Shown: positions 35,439-45,113 of the stretch, piece by piece
Layout of the letters: the number at the start of each line of letters is the position of its first letter
Numbering within the stretch: the first letter of the stretch is position 1
Source: Rhizophagus irregularis
Lineage: Eukaryota
Length of the DNA: 64,000 nucleotides
Direction: 5' to 3'
Assembly (NCBI RefSeq): GCF_026210795.1
Contig: NC_089436.1
Location: 248,001 to 312,000 of the forward strand
Translations under genes and position numbers: made by a program
The notes under the pieces: model-generated
What the model was told of the DNA's origin: nothing
Seen by the model: only the letters and a program-made list of their open reading frames with translations
Databases searched by the model: none

Positions 35439-36906
35439 CTGCCCCCATATTTCATGGTCGGGAAGATGAAGATCTTAATCTTTTTATTGATAACTTTTTA
35501 GGGTATATTAATACCGTTGGTATTGATCCATTGGACGATGCTGGTGTACCCCCTGGTCGGGTGAGAGCGATGGGGGTTCTTCGTAGCTGTATGAGAGATG
35601 AAGCGGCGAGGTGGTTTGATGCAGAACTTACTGGAAAAAATTGGGAACTCTCGAATATTCGGTTAGTGGCTGCTGCAAATGGTGGAGTCAGTGCCACTCG
35701 CCGAGCATTCAGAGCTTTGGCTGTTCCTGAGGTTGCTAATGGATTACATGTTGGTACTTACTTACCTGGGTCTGATGCTGATGCATTTTCAAGGATTGCA
35801 GGTAATGCGGCGGTAACCGTTGGAGATGCATTTTTCCCATCACGCGCTGATATCGTTAGAACGAATTTTAAAGTTGAAGAGCAGTGGAGGCGTGCGGGCG
35901 GACGTCCTACTCATCAACCCGTTAATGGGTTGGGAAATCATGGAGGTCCATTTAATGCTGCTGTTCAGAATCAACCGATAGTCTTACAGGGGATTCTCCT
36001 GGATCAAGCATTTATGCATATGCGCACAAATTTTCCAACCGTTGTGGAAGAAAGACTTCAAATACGATTTAGTAACCTTTACCAGGAACAAGGTGAACCT
36101 GTTCGATCTTACTATAAGCGAGTTGAGAGGGCTGGGATATTGTAGGATATAATCAAATTATGGTTACTGACCAGTTCTATAGAGGACTTTTGCCGGAAAA
36201 CGTTATTGAAGCTTCCAGAATCGGGGCGGCACCTCTTAATATATTAATCGATAGATTGAGTGATCTTGAGCGATGAAAGGGCGAAATGTTCTATGGATTA
36301 CAAAGGCGTCAGGGTATTGAAAAGGCTAAAAAAGAGGAATTGGCTGGCTATACTCATCCCGTGACTCCACACGAAGGTGCTGTAATGCAAAGGTCGACAG
36401 ACGTTATTACTCAAGAACGATTACAAGAATTGCTTAAGACACAGGCCGAGGAACTTACCAAGAATTTCCAGGCGCAATTTAAACAATTACAAGCATTTAA
36501 ACCAGTTCGTAAACCACTGGTCTATAGACAACAGATTAAACCTGTTCGACCAAAACCACAGAGACGTGTTGTTCAGGATCATCAGGATCCTGATTGGGAT
36601 GATGGTTATGTAGATCATGATGTTGGTGATGACCCTGATGCTCCTGAATGGACTAGTGAGGATGATCAACATGTTATTGATCTTATTATGGGATATGAGA
36701 CGTCTAAAAGATTTCCAAAGCGACTTCAGAAGGCTAAAGATAGACGCGATGATTTGGAATTAGCCCGAGCAATGAGAAACCTCGATCTTAATGATGATGC
36801 TATGGATATTGATACTAATACCGCGAGTTTTGATGACTTGAAATTTGTTCCCGATGAGGAAGGTGGTTTTCGGATTTGTGCGGTTCGAAGTACAAAAAAA
36901 AAGTAA
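35420..36906 (+). pseudogene. gag: Ty3/Gypsy-like Gag (capsid) gene with two lesions
   Basis: APIFHGREDEDLNLFIDNF start, AARWF, MHR-like LYQEQGEPVRSYYKRV; a 1-bp shift near 36142 gives LGYNQIMVTDQFYRGLLPE; TGA at 36274-36276 is in frame with the 36286-36906 ORF. Confidence 0.7.
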
Positions 36907-37625
36907 ACTCGGATAAGGGTGTAAGTATCTCGAAACTTCTTAAATCTGTTCCAAAAAAATCAGTTAAAATGACTCCTATTAAGATTCCTGTGAAGGTTAC
37001 TAGTAGTAAGCCCACACTTATAAAAGCTGTCACCAAAAATAATTCATTAAGTTTATTAAGGTCTGCAGATTTTAGGAAATTACTCCGCGAGATTCTTTGG
37101 GAAGAATTAAAGTCTGCTCGTAAAAGTACGGAGATTCTGGAAGACCTAGTTGAGGAAAAACAAGAAGAGGATATTAGGGAAGATGACCCAATGGATATTG
37201 ACATAGTTCGTTTGGAGAATACTAAAGATCTTTTAGCGCTGGATGGGGAGGTCAATGGGATAGCAATTCAGTGTTTAGCAGACACTTGTGCTAACGCGTC
37301 TTTTATTCAGAGAGAAGCCGCTGAGGAATTAGGGTTGGATATCGACAAGAGTATTACACATAACATATCCGGCGCTCCGGGTTCTGGTAGGACATTCGGC
37401 ATGGTAAAAGGTGTGTCAATCAAACTAACCCCTGATTGTGTAATTACTGAGAATCTCGCGGTTTTAAGCGATTACAAGCATAGGGAGATTGGATTGAGCC
37501 GGACGTGTCTGAAACGTTACAATTATGATGTCCATGAATCACGTGAACATATCGCCCTTACTTGTAATGAGAAGAATGTTTTTATCCCGATAGTTTCTGA
37601 CGTGAATCGAGGAGACAAAAAATAG
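36876..37625 (+). CDS. Retropepsin-like aspartic protease, in -1 frame relative to Gag
   Basis: GEVNGIAIQCLADTCANASFIQREAAEELGL, flap-like ISGAPGSGRTFG; DTC instead of DTG. Confidence 0.75.
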   Translation: MCGSKYKKKVNSDKGVSISKLLKSVPKKSVKMTPIKIPVKVTSSKPTLIKAVTKNNSLSLLRSADFRKLLREILWEELKSARKSTEILEDLVEEKQEEDIREDDPMDIDIVRLENTKDLLALDGEVNGIAIQCLADTCANASFIQREAAEELGLDIDKSITHNISGAPGSGRTFGMVKGVSIKLTPDCVITENLAVLSDYKHREIGLSRTCLKRYNYDVHESREHIALTCNEKNVFIPIVSDVNRGDKK

Positions 37626-37639
37626 GGAATATTTATTTT

Positions 37640-38731
37640 TTATTCCCAAAACTTGCGGATTAAAGCAGGGACATCCTCCTCCAACCGGTCAGCGGGTTCC
37701 CAAGTGGCTTCAGTATCTGGGTATCGTTCCCACTTGACTAGATACTGGTCTTGACCCTTCCTGATGCGATGCCGGAGTATCCGCTCAGGTACAAATCTTT
37801 CAGGTTGCCCTCTTATCACAGAGTCAGGTGGGGGATATTCATTTTCTGGAACAATCTGCAACTCTTTTCGGGTGTACGCACATCTGGATACACCTAGTCG
37901 CCCGTGTGGTCCATCAAGAAGATACGTAGGAGGTTGTTCGGGTGAGAGTATCATTTTTTTGATGACACGGATATTGGGATTCCATCTTATGTCTCCTGTA
38001 CGAAATTTTCCATGGAGTTTATTACCGAGTACTGAGATAGGTTCATCTAACTTTACTCGAACACGCGTTCCTTCAGAGAGAAGTTCCGTCTTTTTTGACA
38101 CCTTGGGTGACCCAGTCGGAATATCTGGAGGATTTCTTTGCCAGATTTCATCTATTTTATTAACTACATCATGGAAATCTTCTGACCATTCCACGGATGT
38201 CACCCTGGTCTTCAACTCCTGTGCCACCATTCGTTTTAGGAGAGGCTCCTGGATCGCTTGGATAGCTCGTTCAGCGTATGATTGCTGTTTGTGTCTTCCC
38301 GACTCTCCAAACCTCATCATCACCCCTAGGCTGTTCAGGAAAAAATCACGTACCTGATCATTGGTGAATTCTGATCCGGAGTCTGTCTCCATTCGATGTG
38401 TTGGTGGTTTAATGCGATTTCTTCTGTAGATTTTAACAAATCCATTGAGAACCCTATTTGCAATCTTATCCTTTAGGGGTTCTGCGTCAACTCGTTTACC
38501 CGCAACTTCCACCACTACGAGAAAATAGTGGAATCCTTTGGGGTCGACTGGCATCTCTGCGAGATCTGCCTGATGCGTCGCATTTGGTTTCCATACAACT
38601 ACTCGTGGACGCTCTGATGACTTTTCCTTTAGGGGCTTTTTGTATAGGTTGTAGTGCTCCTCACCTTTTAGAATTCGTGCTGGTACTCTGGAGAGATTGT
38701 AGTATTTGTAGTAATTCTCTAAATGCGACAT
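37640..38731 (-). CDS. int: Retroviral-type DDE integrase with C-terminal chromodomain
   Basis: HQADL, ETDSGSEF, YAERAIQ triad; ERILRHR...YLVKWERYPDTEATWEP chromodomain; first ATG at 38731. Confidence 0.92.
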   Translation of the reverse strand: MSHLENYYKYYNLSRVPARILKGEEHYNLYKKPLKEKSSERPRVVVWKPNATHQADLAEMPVDPKGFHYFLVVVEVAGKRVDAEPLKDKIANRVLNGFVKIYRRNRIKPPTHRMETDSGSEFTNDQVRDFFLNSLGVMMRFGESGRHKQQSYAERAIQAIQEPLLKRMVAQELKTRVTSVEWSEDFHDVVNKIDEIWQRNPPDIPTGSPKVSKKTELLSEGTRVRVKLDEPISVLGNKLHGKFRTGDIRWNPNIRVIKKMILSPEQPPTYLLDGPHGRLGVSRCAYTRKELQIVPENEYPPPDSVIRGQPERFVPERILRHRIRKGQDQYLVKWERYPDTEATWEPADRLEEDVPALIRKFWE

Positions 38732-38775
38732 ATTATGACAAATTAAAGGAAAGATTTTGGACTTCAAATCTTAAA

Positions 38776-39096
38776 ATGACACGATTTTACTGCCTAAAGT
38801 GTAAGAAGGAAACCGAGACTGCTAGTGAAATACAAGATATGACCACAAATGGGCGTTACCGGCTGCATATTGATTGCACAGTTTGTGGTATGCATAAGAA
38901 TACTTTTACTGGGATAGACTGGGTTATCAAAAAGAAAACCAAGGAGAAGAAAAAAGAAACCGCGGCTAAAAGACATCAGACGGCGTACAATCGGCAATGC
39001 AAAAAACTCAGGCAGAAAATCTTAGATTCTGATGACACGTGTAAGCAGTGTATTGATAAATGCCTTAAGGAGGCAAAAAAGAGGAAGACGGATTAG
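38776..39096 (+). CDS. Small basic Zn-ribbon protein (DUF5679-like)
   Basis: ATG at 38776; YCLKCKKET...CTVCG; CKQC..C near the end. Confidence 0.7.
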   Translation: MTRFYCLKCKKETETASEIQDMTTNGRYRLHIDCTVCGMHKNTFTGIDWVIKKKTKEKKKETAAKRHQTAYNRQCKKLRQKILDSDDTCKQCIDKCLKEAKKRKTD

Positions 39097-39105
39097 TACC
39101 GCCTT

Positions 39106-39621
39106 CTAAAAGTATTCCTCATCATCTGAGTCATCGAGAGATACCTCTCCATCATCTGATTCATCATCCGAGTCGTCAGGAGTGCGACCTTCCTTAAGCA
39201 ATTGGATGTTGTACGTTATTTGAGTCCATTTCTCCCAGTCGGACTCTTGCGTTATAAAGTCGCATCTGAGAAGAGCTTTTTCTACTGCCACCATTCCTGC
39301 GAACCTAGTGTATTTTTTCTGATCGGCTTCAATGAAATCATCAACGGCTTTCCTGTAGTGGTCTACCGCCCTGTCGTATTTCTCCTTGGCTTCTTTATAT
39401 CGCTTCCACAACTCGGCTTTACAACCATTGTACCAGAGTCTGTTTATCTTGAGATGTTTTCCGAATTCTTTGATCGGAAGGTTTCTGACCATCTCTCTTA
39501 CTATATCCGGGTCATTGAGGGGCGATGCCCGCATTTGGATCCATTTACGGATTCCATAGATGTCTACAAGATCAAGTCCGAGGTCTTCAGCAAGAGAAGT
39601 GGCGGCGTGTAAGTTTATCAT
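39106..39621 (-). CDS. Hypothetical protein, 171 aa, acidic C-terminus
   Basis: Intact ATG ORF starting 11 bp inside the right TIR boundary. Confidence 0.65.
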   Translation of the reverse strand: MINLHAATSLAEDLGLDLVDIYGIRKWIQMRASPLNDPDIVREMVRNLPIKEFGKHLKINRLWYNGCKAELWKRYKEAKEKYDRAVDHYRKAVDDFIEADQKKYTRFAGMVAVEKALLRCDFITQESDWEKWTQITYNIQLLKEGRTPDDSDDESDDGEVSLDDSDDEEYF

Positions 39622-39631
39622 TGTATGTTAC

Positions 39632-40112
39632 TTATAGTTACCTAATCTTCAATTGCCGAATATATTTTTTCCAAAGATCCGCGCTCCTACCCAGTTACCC
39701 TCCTGCGGTTCTACAGGCCTTCTAGGGGCTATTGACCTACCTGTTAACTTGGTTTGCTATCTCATTGCTTCCAATAGGAAAATGAATGGAATCCTGTACG
39801 TGTGGAAAATGTGGAAGATGTGGAGGATCTGGGGGGTAAAATCAAAACTTTTTTCTGGGGGAACCCTCTCCCAATTTTTTTAAAACGTCCTCCACATCCT
39901 CCACATCCTCCACACTCTTCTGATTCCCTCTTATTTTCCTCTCTTTTCCCTTATTTTATCCTTTTTTGTTATATATTTTTGTGGAGGATCTATGTGGAGG
40001 ATTGTGGAGGATCTATGGGGATTTCCTGTCCCACGGAGGGGAGATGTAGGTACTGCGAGGCCATGGCCGAGGTGGGGTGAGCGCAAGCGAGACACACTAC
40101 CAGCCCGATGAC
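39632..40112 (-). repeat. Right terminal inverted repeat
   Basis: Reverse complement of 8715-9196; ends CAGCCCGATGAC. Confidence 0.95.
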
Positions 40113-40299
40113 ATTGGTCGAATAATGCACTAATTAAACGTCACGCGTATTTAAAGTTTAAAAAAGGATCATCTTTTTTAAACTCCCCTTTCCCCTTCCA
40201 CTTTCCCTCCTTTCGTTTGTCCTCCCTTTCCCTTTCGTCCTTCCCTTCCCCTTTCGTTCTCCCCTTTTCTCACACCTTCTTCCGCCTCTTTTTCTTGGA

Positions 40300-41430
40300 A
40301 GTAATGTAAGTTTCGAAACTTACATATCTTTTTTTTTAATTTTTTTTTTTAATCTTTTTAATTTTAATTAAGAAACGAACTAACGTTTCTTTTCGTTATT
40401 TTTTTTATAGGACGTGTAGGAGGACGCCGGCTTGTTCACGAAACCGGACTTTAAGGTAAAAAACGGGGAAAGGGGAAGGAGGAAGGGGTTTTGGAACCTA
40501 AGATTCTTAAGAATCTTGGTTTTATTTATTTATTTTTTTTATTATTTTGGAACGGTTTACTAACCGTTCCTTTCTTTTTTTTATAGGCTCGGTGTATTTC
40601 CGACGAATGGATGAACCAAGATTCGTAAGTAAGAGTACGAATCTTGGTTTATTTATTTTTTTTTTTAATATTATGGAACGGTTACTAATAACCGTTCCTT
40701 TCTTTTTTTAGGTTTCGGTGGAGCTTCCGAGTTCCGAAGAACAGAAAAACTAAGATTCGTAAGTAAGTACGAATCTTGGTTTTGTCTTTTTTTTAAATAT
40801 TATTAACGGTTACTAATAACCGTTTTTTTCTTTATTTTTTTAGGTTCGGGTGTCTTCCGAAGAACGGAAAAAGAGGACCAAGATTCGTAAGTACGAATCT
40901 TGGTTTTGTTTATTTTTTTTTAATATTATGAACGGTTACTAACCGTTCTTTCTTTTTTAGGTTCGGGTGGGCTTCTGAAGAACGGAAAACCCAAAGATTC
41001 GTAAGTACGAATCTTTAATTTTTTTTTATTTATTATTACGAACGGTTTACTAACCGTTTTTGTATATTTTTTTATAGGTTCGGGTGGGCTTCCGAAGAAC
41101 GAAAACCCAAAGATTCGTAAGTATGAATCTTTACTTTGTTTTTATTTTTTATTATTACGAATGGTTTACTAACCATTCTTTCTTTTTTTTATAGGTTTGT
41201 GGGCTTCCGAGGATCGGAAAAAGGAGAACTAAGGTTCGTTACGAACCTTGGATTTTTTTTTATTATTATGAACGGTTTCTAACCTTTCTTTTTCTTTTAT
41301 TTTTATAGGTTCGGTTGGCTTCCAAAGATCGAAGGAACCAAGATTCGTAAGTACGAGTACGAATCTTGATTTTTGTTGTTTTTTATTATTTTGGAACGGT
41401 TTACTAACCGTTCCTTTTTTTTTTTTAATA
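40300..41430 (+). repeat. Array of ~115-130-bp units, each a micro-exon plus intron-like segment with two hairpins
   Basis: Repeated AAGATTC-GTAAGT-ACGAATCTT, GAACGGTT-TACT-AACCGTTC and poly-T...AG. Confidence 0.8.
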
Positions 41431-44400
41431 ATTTCTTACATTTGTAGGACGGTTCCTTGGAATTTTCTTCAGCTTTGGTAAGTTTCTTTTGAAAAATTTA
41501 TTTCTGGGAAAGGGAGGTGCAGCTGGTGTTTTTTCATAGTAATTAGATAAAATTTTTTTTTTTACACCATAGCCACCATGTACGCTAGGAAAACGGAATC
41601 CTTCATGTTGCATAACTCGCAAATGTTACGTGTAGGACGTGTAGATGTCTTGGAATTGGTAAGTTTTATTTTTTTATTATTAATTTTGATTTTTTTTTAT
41701 TAATTTTTTTATTAATTTTTTTTATCTTTTAATTTGTAAAAATCGATAGTTTCACACTTCCCGGATCGAATTAGTAAGTTTTTTCACTTAAAACTTTTTT
41801 TAAAATTTTTTTTTTATTATTATTTAATTTTTTTATTATCTTTTTTTGTAGTTTCGGCTTCCTTATCCCGGATCAGTAAGTTTCAAAACGGTTCGTTTTG
41901 AAACTTTTTTTTTAAGTTTAATTTTTCCGAATTTTTATTTCAGATCGGACTTGGACTTTATTTTTTTTCTTTAGATATAGTTAGACGACTTTTAACATTC
42001 GTTCTTTTCAAGATGTGATCACGTGATTTGAACTTTATCTTTTTTTTATTTATAATATTAGATAAATGCTAATATACGTGTACTGTAGCATTTAATAAAT
42101 TAATAAATTTGAAATTGAACTAATATTAAACTAAATTAATAAAAAAAATATTGAAGAATAAATTGGTCATCTTTAGACCTTAAAATTTTGTCGAATAATA
42201 TTTATCTGAACTTGTGCCTTAATTTGACTACTATTAGACCTATAGTCAAATTTAGGTTGAACGGTAGTGTAATGATAGTTGAATATTCTTTCCGTATAAG
42301 ATGATTGGCACCCGAACTGCGCCAAAAAATTCGACCTTAATTTGACTTGTCTTTTTTCAACTAGTGTAAAAAAATCGTTTTAGCAATATTAAACTGATAT
42401 CAATATGATAATTATTTGTTGTTTTAGCGATATCAACATATTATTGATTTAACATTTTTAAAATAATATCGTTATGATATATTTTTAATACTGAATTGAT
42501 ATTATATCAATATCGTGTTTTTTCACATTTTTTTAAAAAAATATCATTGTCATTTTGACGATATTAAAGTGATATCGATTTGATATTTATTTAAATAAAT
42601 ATCTCTACGATATCTTTTTGATATATCAAATCAATATTGGAACGATATCATCCTAATATTATAATGATATCATCTGCAAATCGATATCACTACGATATAG
42701 AATTAACATCATTATTATATCAATTTGGCATTGTTTAAAATTTTGAGGTTTCTGTAAAGTATGTACTATGTAGGATTTAAATAACGAACCTGTTTGTACT
42801 GAAACCTCATTATATCAAATCATAATTTCCAGAACTGATTTTTTATAAATAATTTCACTGGATATAATGAACTTTTATAATAAAACACTATATAACGCAT
42901 CCGAACTGAACTTAACCAGCCTTATATATCAGCTATATAATAACTTTATACTTTCTATAATGAACGGTCATATGACTATATAGTAGTCCAGGCCAATTTT
43001 ATAGTGCTGGCCAGAATTACTAGTAGTATTTTCAAAAATTTATGTTAAAAGAAATTATAATTTTGGCCAGCATTACAAAATTACCTATAAAGAAAACTAG
43101 TTTGATATATTATATAACGAATTCACTATATACTGAATTAAATCTTTTAGAACGGAGGGTTCATTATATTCAGAGTTAACTGTGATATGATAGTTGGTGT
43201 TTAAACCTATACCAACTAGATTATAATGCATTTCAGCAAATCCTATGGGATGCCATTTTTAAATCAATTCAAAATTGATAGTAATTTTATCATGGTTCTA
43301 TCTGAGAGCCATCAGCTCAATTGCACATCTTATAGCATAGCAAATCTTTTGCTAAATCATGCCTCTGTTAATTTAAGTTAGTGTTATTAAGTAATATTAA
43401 TAATGAACCCTCCAAAATCTAGTGTAACATAAACATTTAATTCATATGGTAGCCTTCTGTGGTTTTCATCTATTGCCCAGTTCGATGATCTTGAGAAACC
43501 CTTGATATCATCTTTCCACTTATATAAGAATAATTATAAATATTATCAACAACAACTAAAATACTTAGAATTAATAGTGTAACTTATAAGTGGCTGTCTA
43601 AAATGTTGTTAAAGTATGAAATTAGGTGCTGTTTGATGAAGATATATCTATGTCTTTTTCAGAGTTTTTTTGATGAGAAATTCTCCTTGCATCTGGTTAA
43701 AGTTATATTTAAAGTTATGGTTAAGGAACTAAGCAAAATATATGCAGAATAATAAAATTTCTGAATTAACATAAATTGAATAATTTATGTAAATTGAACT
43801 AAGTCTAAAATAAATTGCATATCAGCATTCAGATAGTCTACTTCTTCAACAAAAGGTGTTGGCTTTACCTTATCATTCGTATTTTATGCACGTCTGAAAT
43901 GTATACCAGGTTGACAGCACAATGTGATGCAATAATTTCAAAAAAGATTTAAGTTAAAGATTTTTTTTAATGTAAAACTTTCAAATTCACACATTAGATG
44001 TATTTTTATCTGTTTTACAAAATTCACTTATAAATGGAAGGAGGTTTTGAAAGTAGATTTTGACTTTAGTATATAACAACCGATTTTATTGTCTTTGCTG
44101 ATCATTTCCAAAATTGGATTTGTCAAAAGAACAGTTTTTGTTAAATAACTCAAAAATAGCTTTCTAAACTATCTGTATATACTCTAAGTAAATTTGCAGA
44201 GTAAACAAAAATACATTTAGTGCAAGAATTTAAAGGATTTATTTTAAATAAAAAAGATTGCAATTTAATTTTTTTGGAAAAATCATTACACCACACTGTG
44301 CCATCAATCTAGTACACATTTTAAACATACTATCTTTATCATTAAATAAAGAAATGTTCAAGCTTAATTTCTCAACATTTTTCACTATTTTCTGAATTTT

Positions 44401-44552
44401 AAGGATAGCTATATATGATCCTTCAAGTTGCATTATTTTTCCAACCTTACTGAGTTGATCATTATTAAGCTAGAATTTAAAACATACATTAATAAAATAA
44501 TTAAAATAATACAAAATAAAATGAAATAATATATAAAAATGCTAAATTATTA

Positions 44553-45113
44553 CCCTATAAAAAATAAGTGTCCAGAAATTGTTCCAAAAACACACTTGTT
44601 TCTGGACACTCATTTGTCTAGAATTTGTCTAGAAATTGACCTGAAATATTTTTTCATAAAATTTGATACAAAAAGATGATCAACAGGTGACCATCATTAT
44701 AATTGCTTTTAATCTAAAGTTTTATATAAATATATAGTATTTTTGCCTTCTCAGCAAATTTAATTAGTATGACAAAGAAGGTTATGAATGTCAGTCTTGT
44801 GCTTTTTGCATTTTTTTACAAAATTAATTTATCCTTTTTTGGAAGTAGTGTCCAGAATTTGTCCAGAAATTTTTCATGTCCGGAATTTGTCCAGTTCAAA
44901 TTATCTGAATTTTTATTATGACTGGAATTTGTCCAGGTTTATCTGTCTGGAATTTGTCCAAAATTTTATACTAGACAAATTCTGGATATATTCTGAACAA
45001 AATCCGGATATGTCAAAATTTTAGGTATCAAATTTGTAGTAAAAAATAGACATTTTCTGGACAATTTCCAGACATTTTCGTAGACATTTTCTGGACATTT
45101 ATTTTTTATAGGG
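44553..45113. mobile_element. MITE with CCC...GGG ends, superfamily uncertain
   Basis: TIR CCCTATAAAAAATAAGTGTCCAGAAA / TTTCTGGACATTTATTTTTTATAGGG; TTA on both sides; internal TGTCCAG motifs. Confidence 0.75.

Larger units (their letters stand above)
8715..40112. mobile_element. Polinton/Maverick-like large DNA element (~15.0 kb without nested LINEs)
   Basis: ~480-bp TIRs, ATTGG duplication at 8710-8714 and 40113-40117, PolB + SF3 helicase + A32 ATPase + DDE integrase, compact intronless ORFs, visibly higher GC than flanks. Confidence 0.93.

Noticed and set aside
34755..38731. Nested Gypsy/chromovirus LTR retrotransposon
   Set aside because: No LTRs, no RT/RNase H, integrase antisense to gag-pro, spacers of only 14-31 bp
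40500..41430. CRISPR array
   Set aside because: Eukaryotic context, spacers are homologous to each other, no cas genes; splice signals explain the pattern better
42170..42368. CACTA-like right end (ACTAGTG; also at 762-768)
   Set aside because: No matching left end or TSD found in the window
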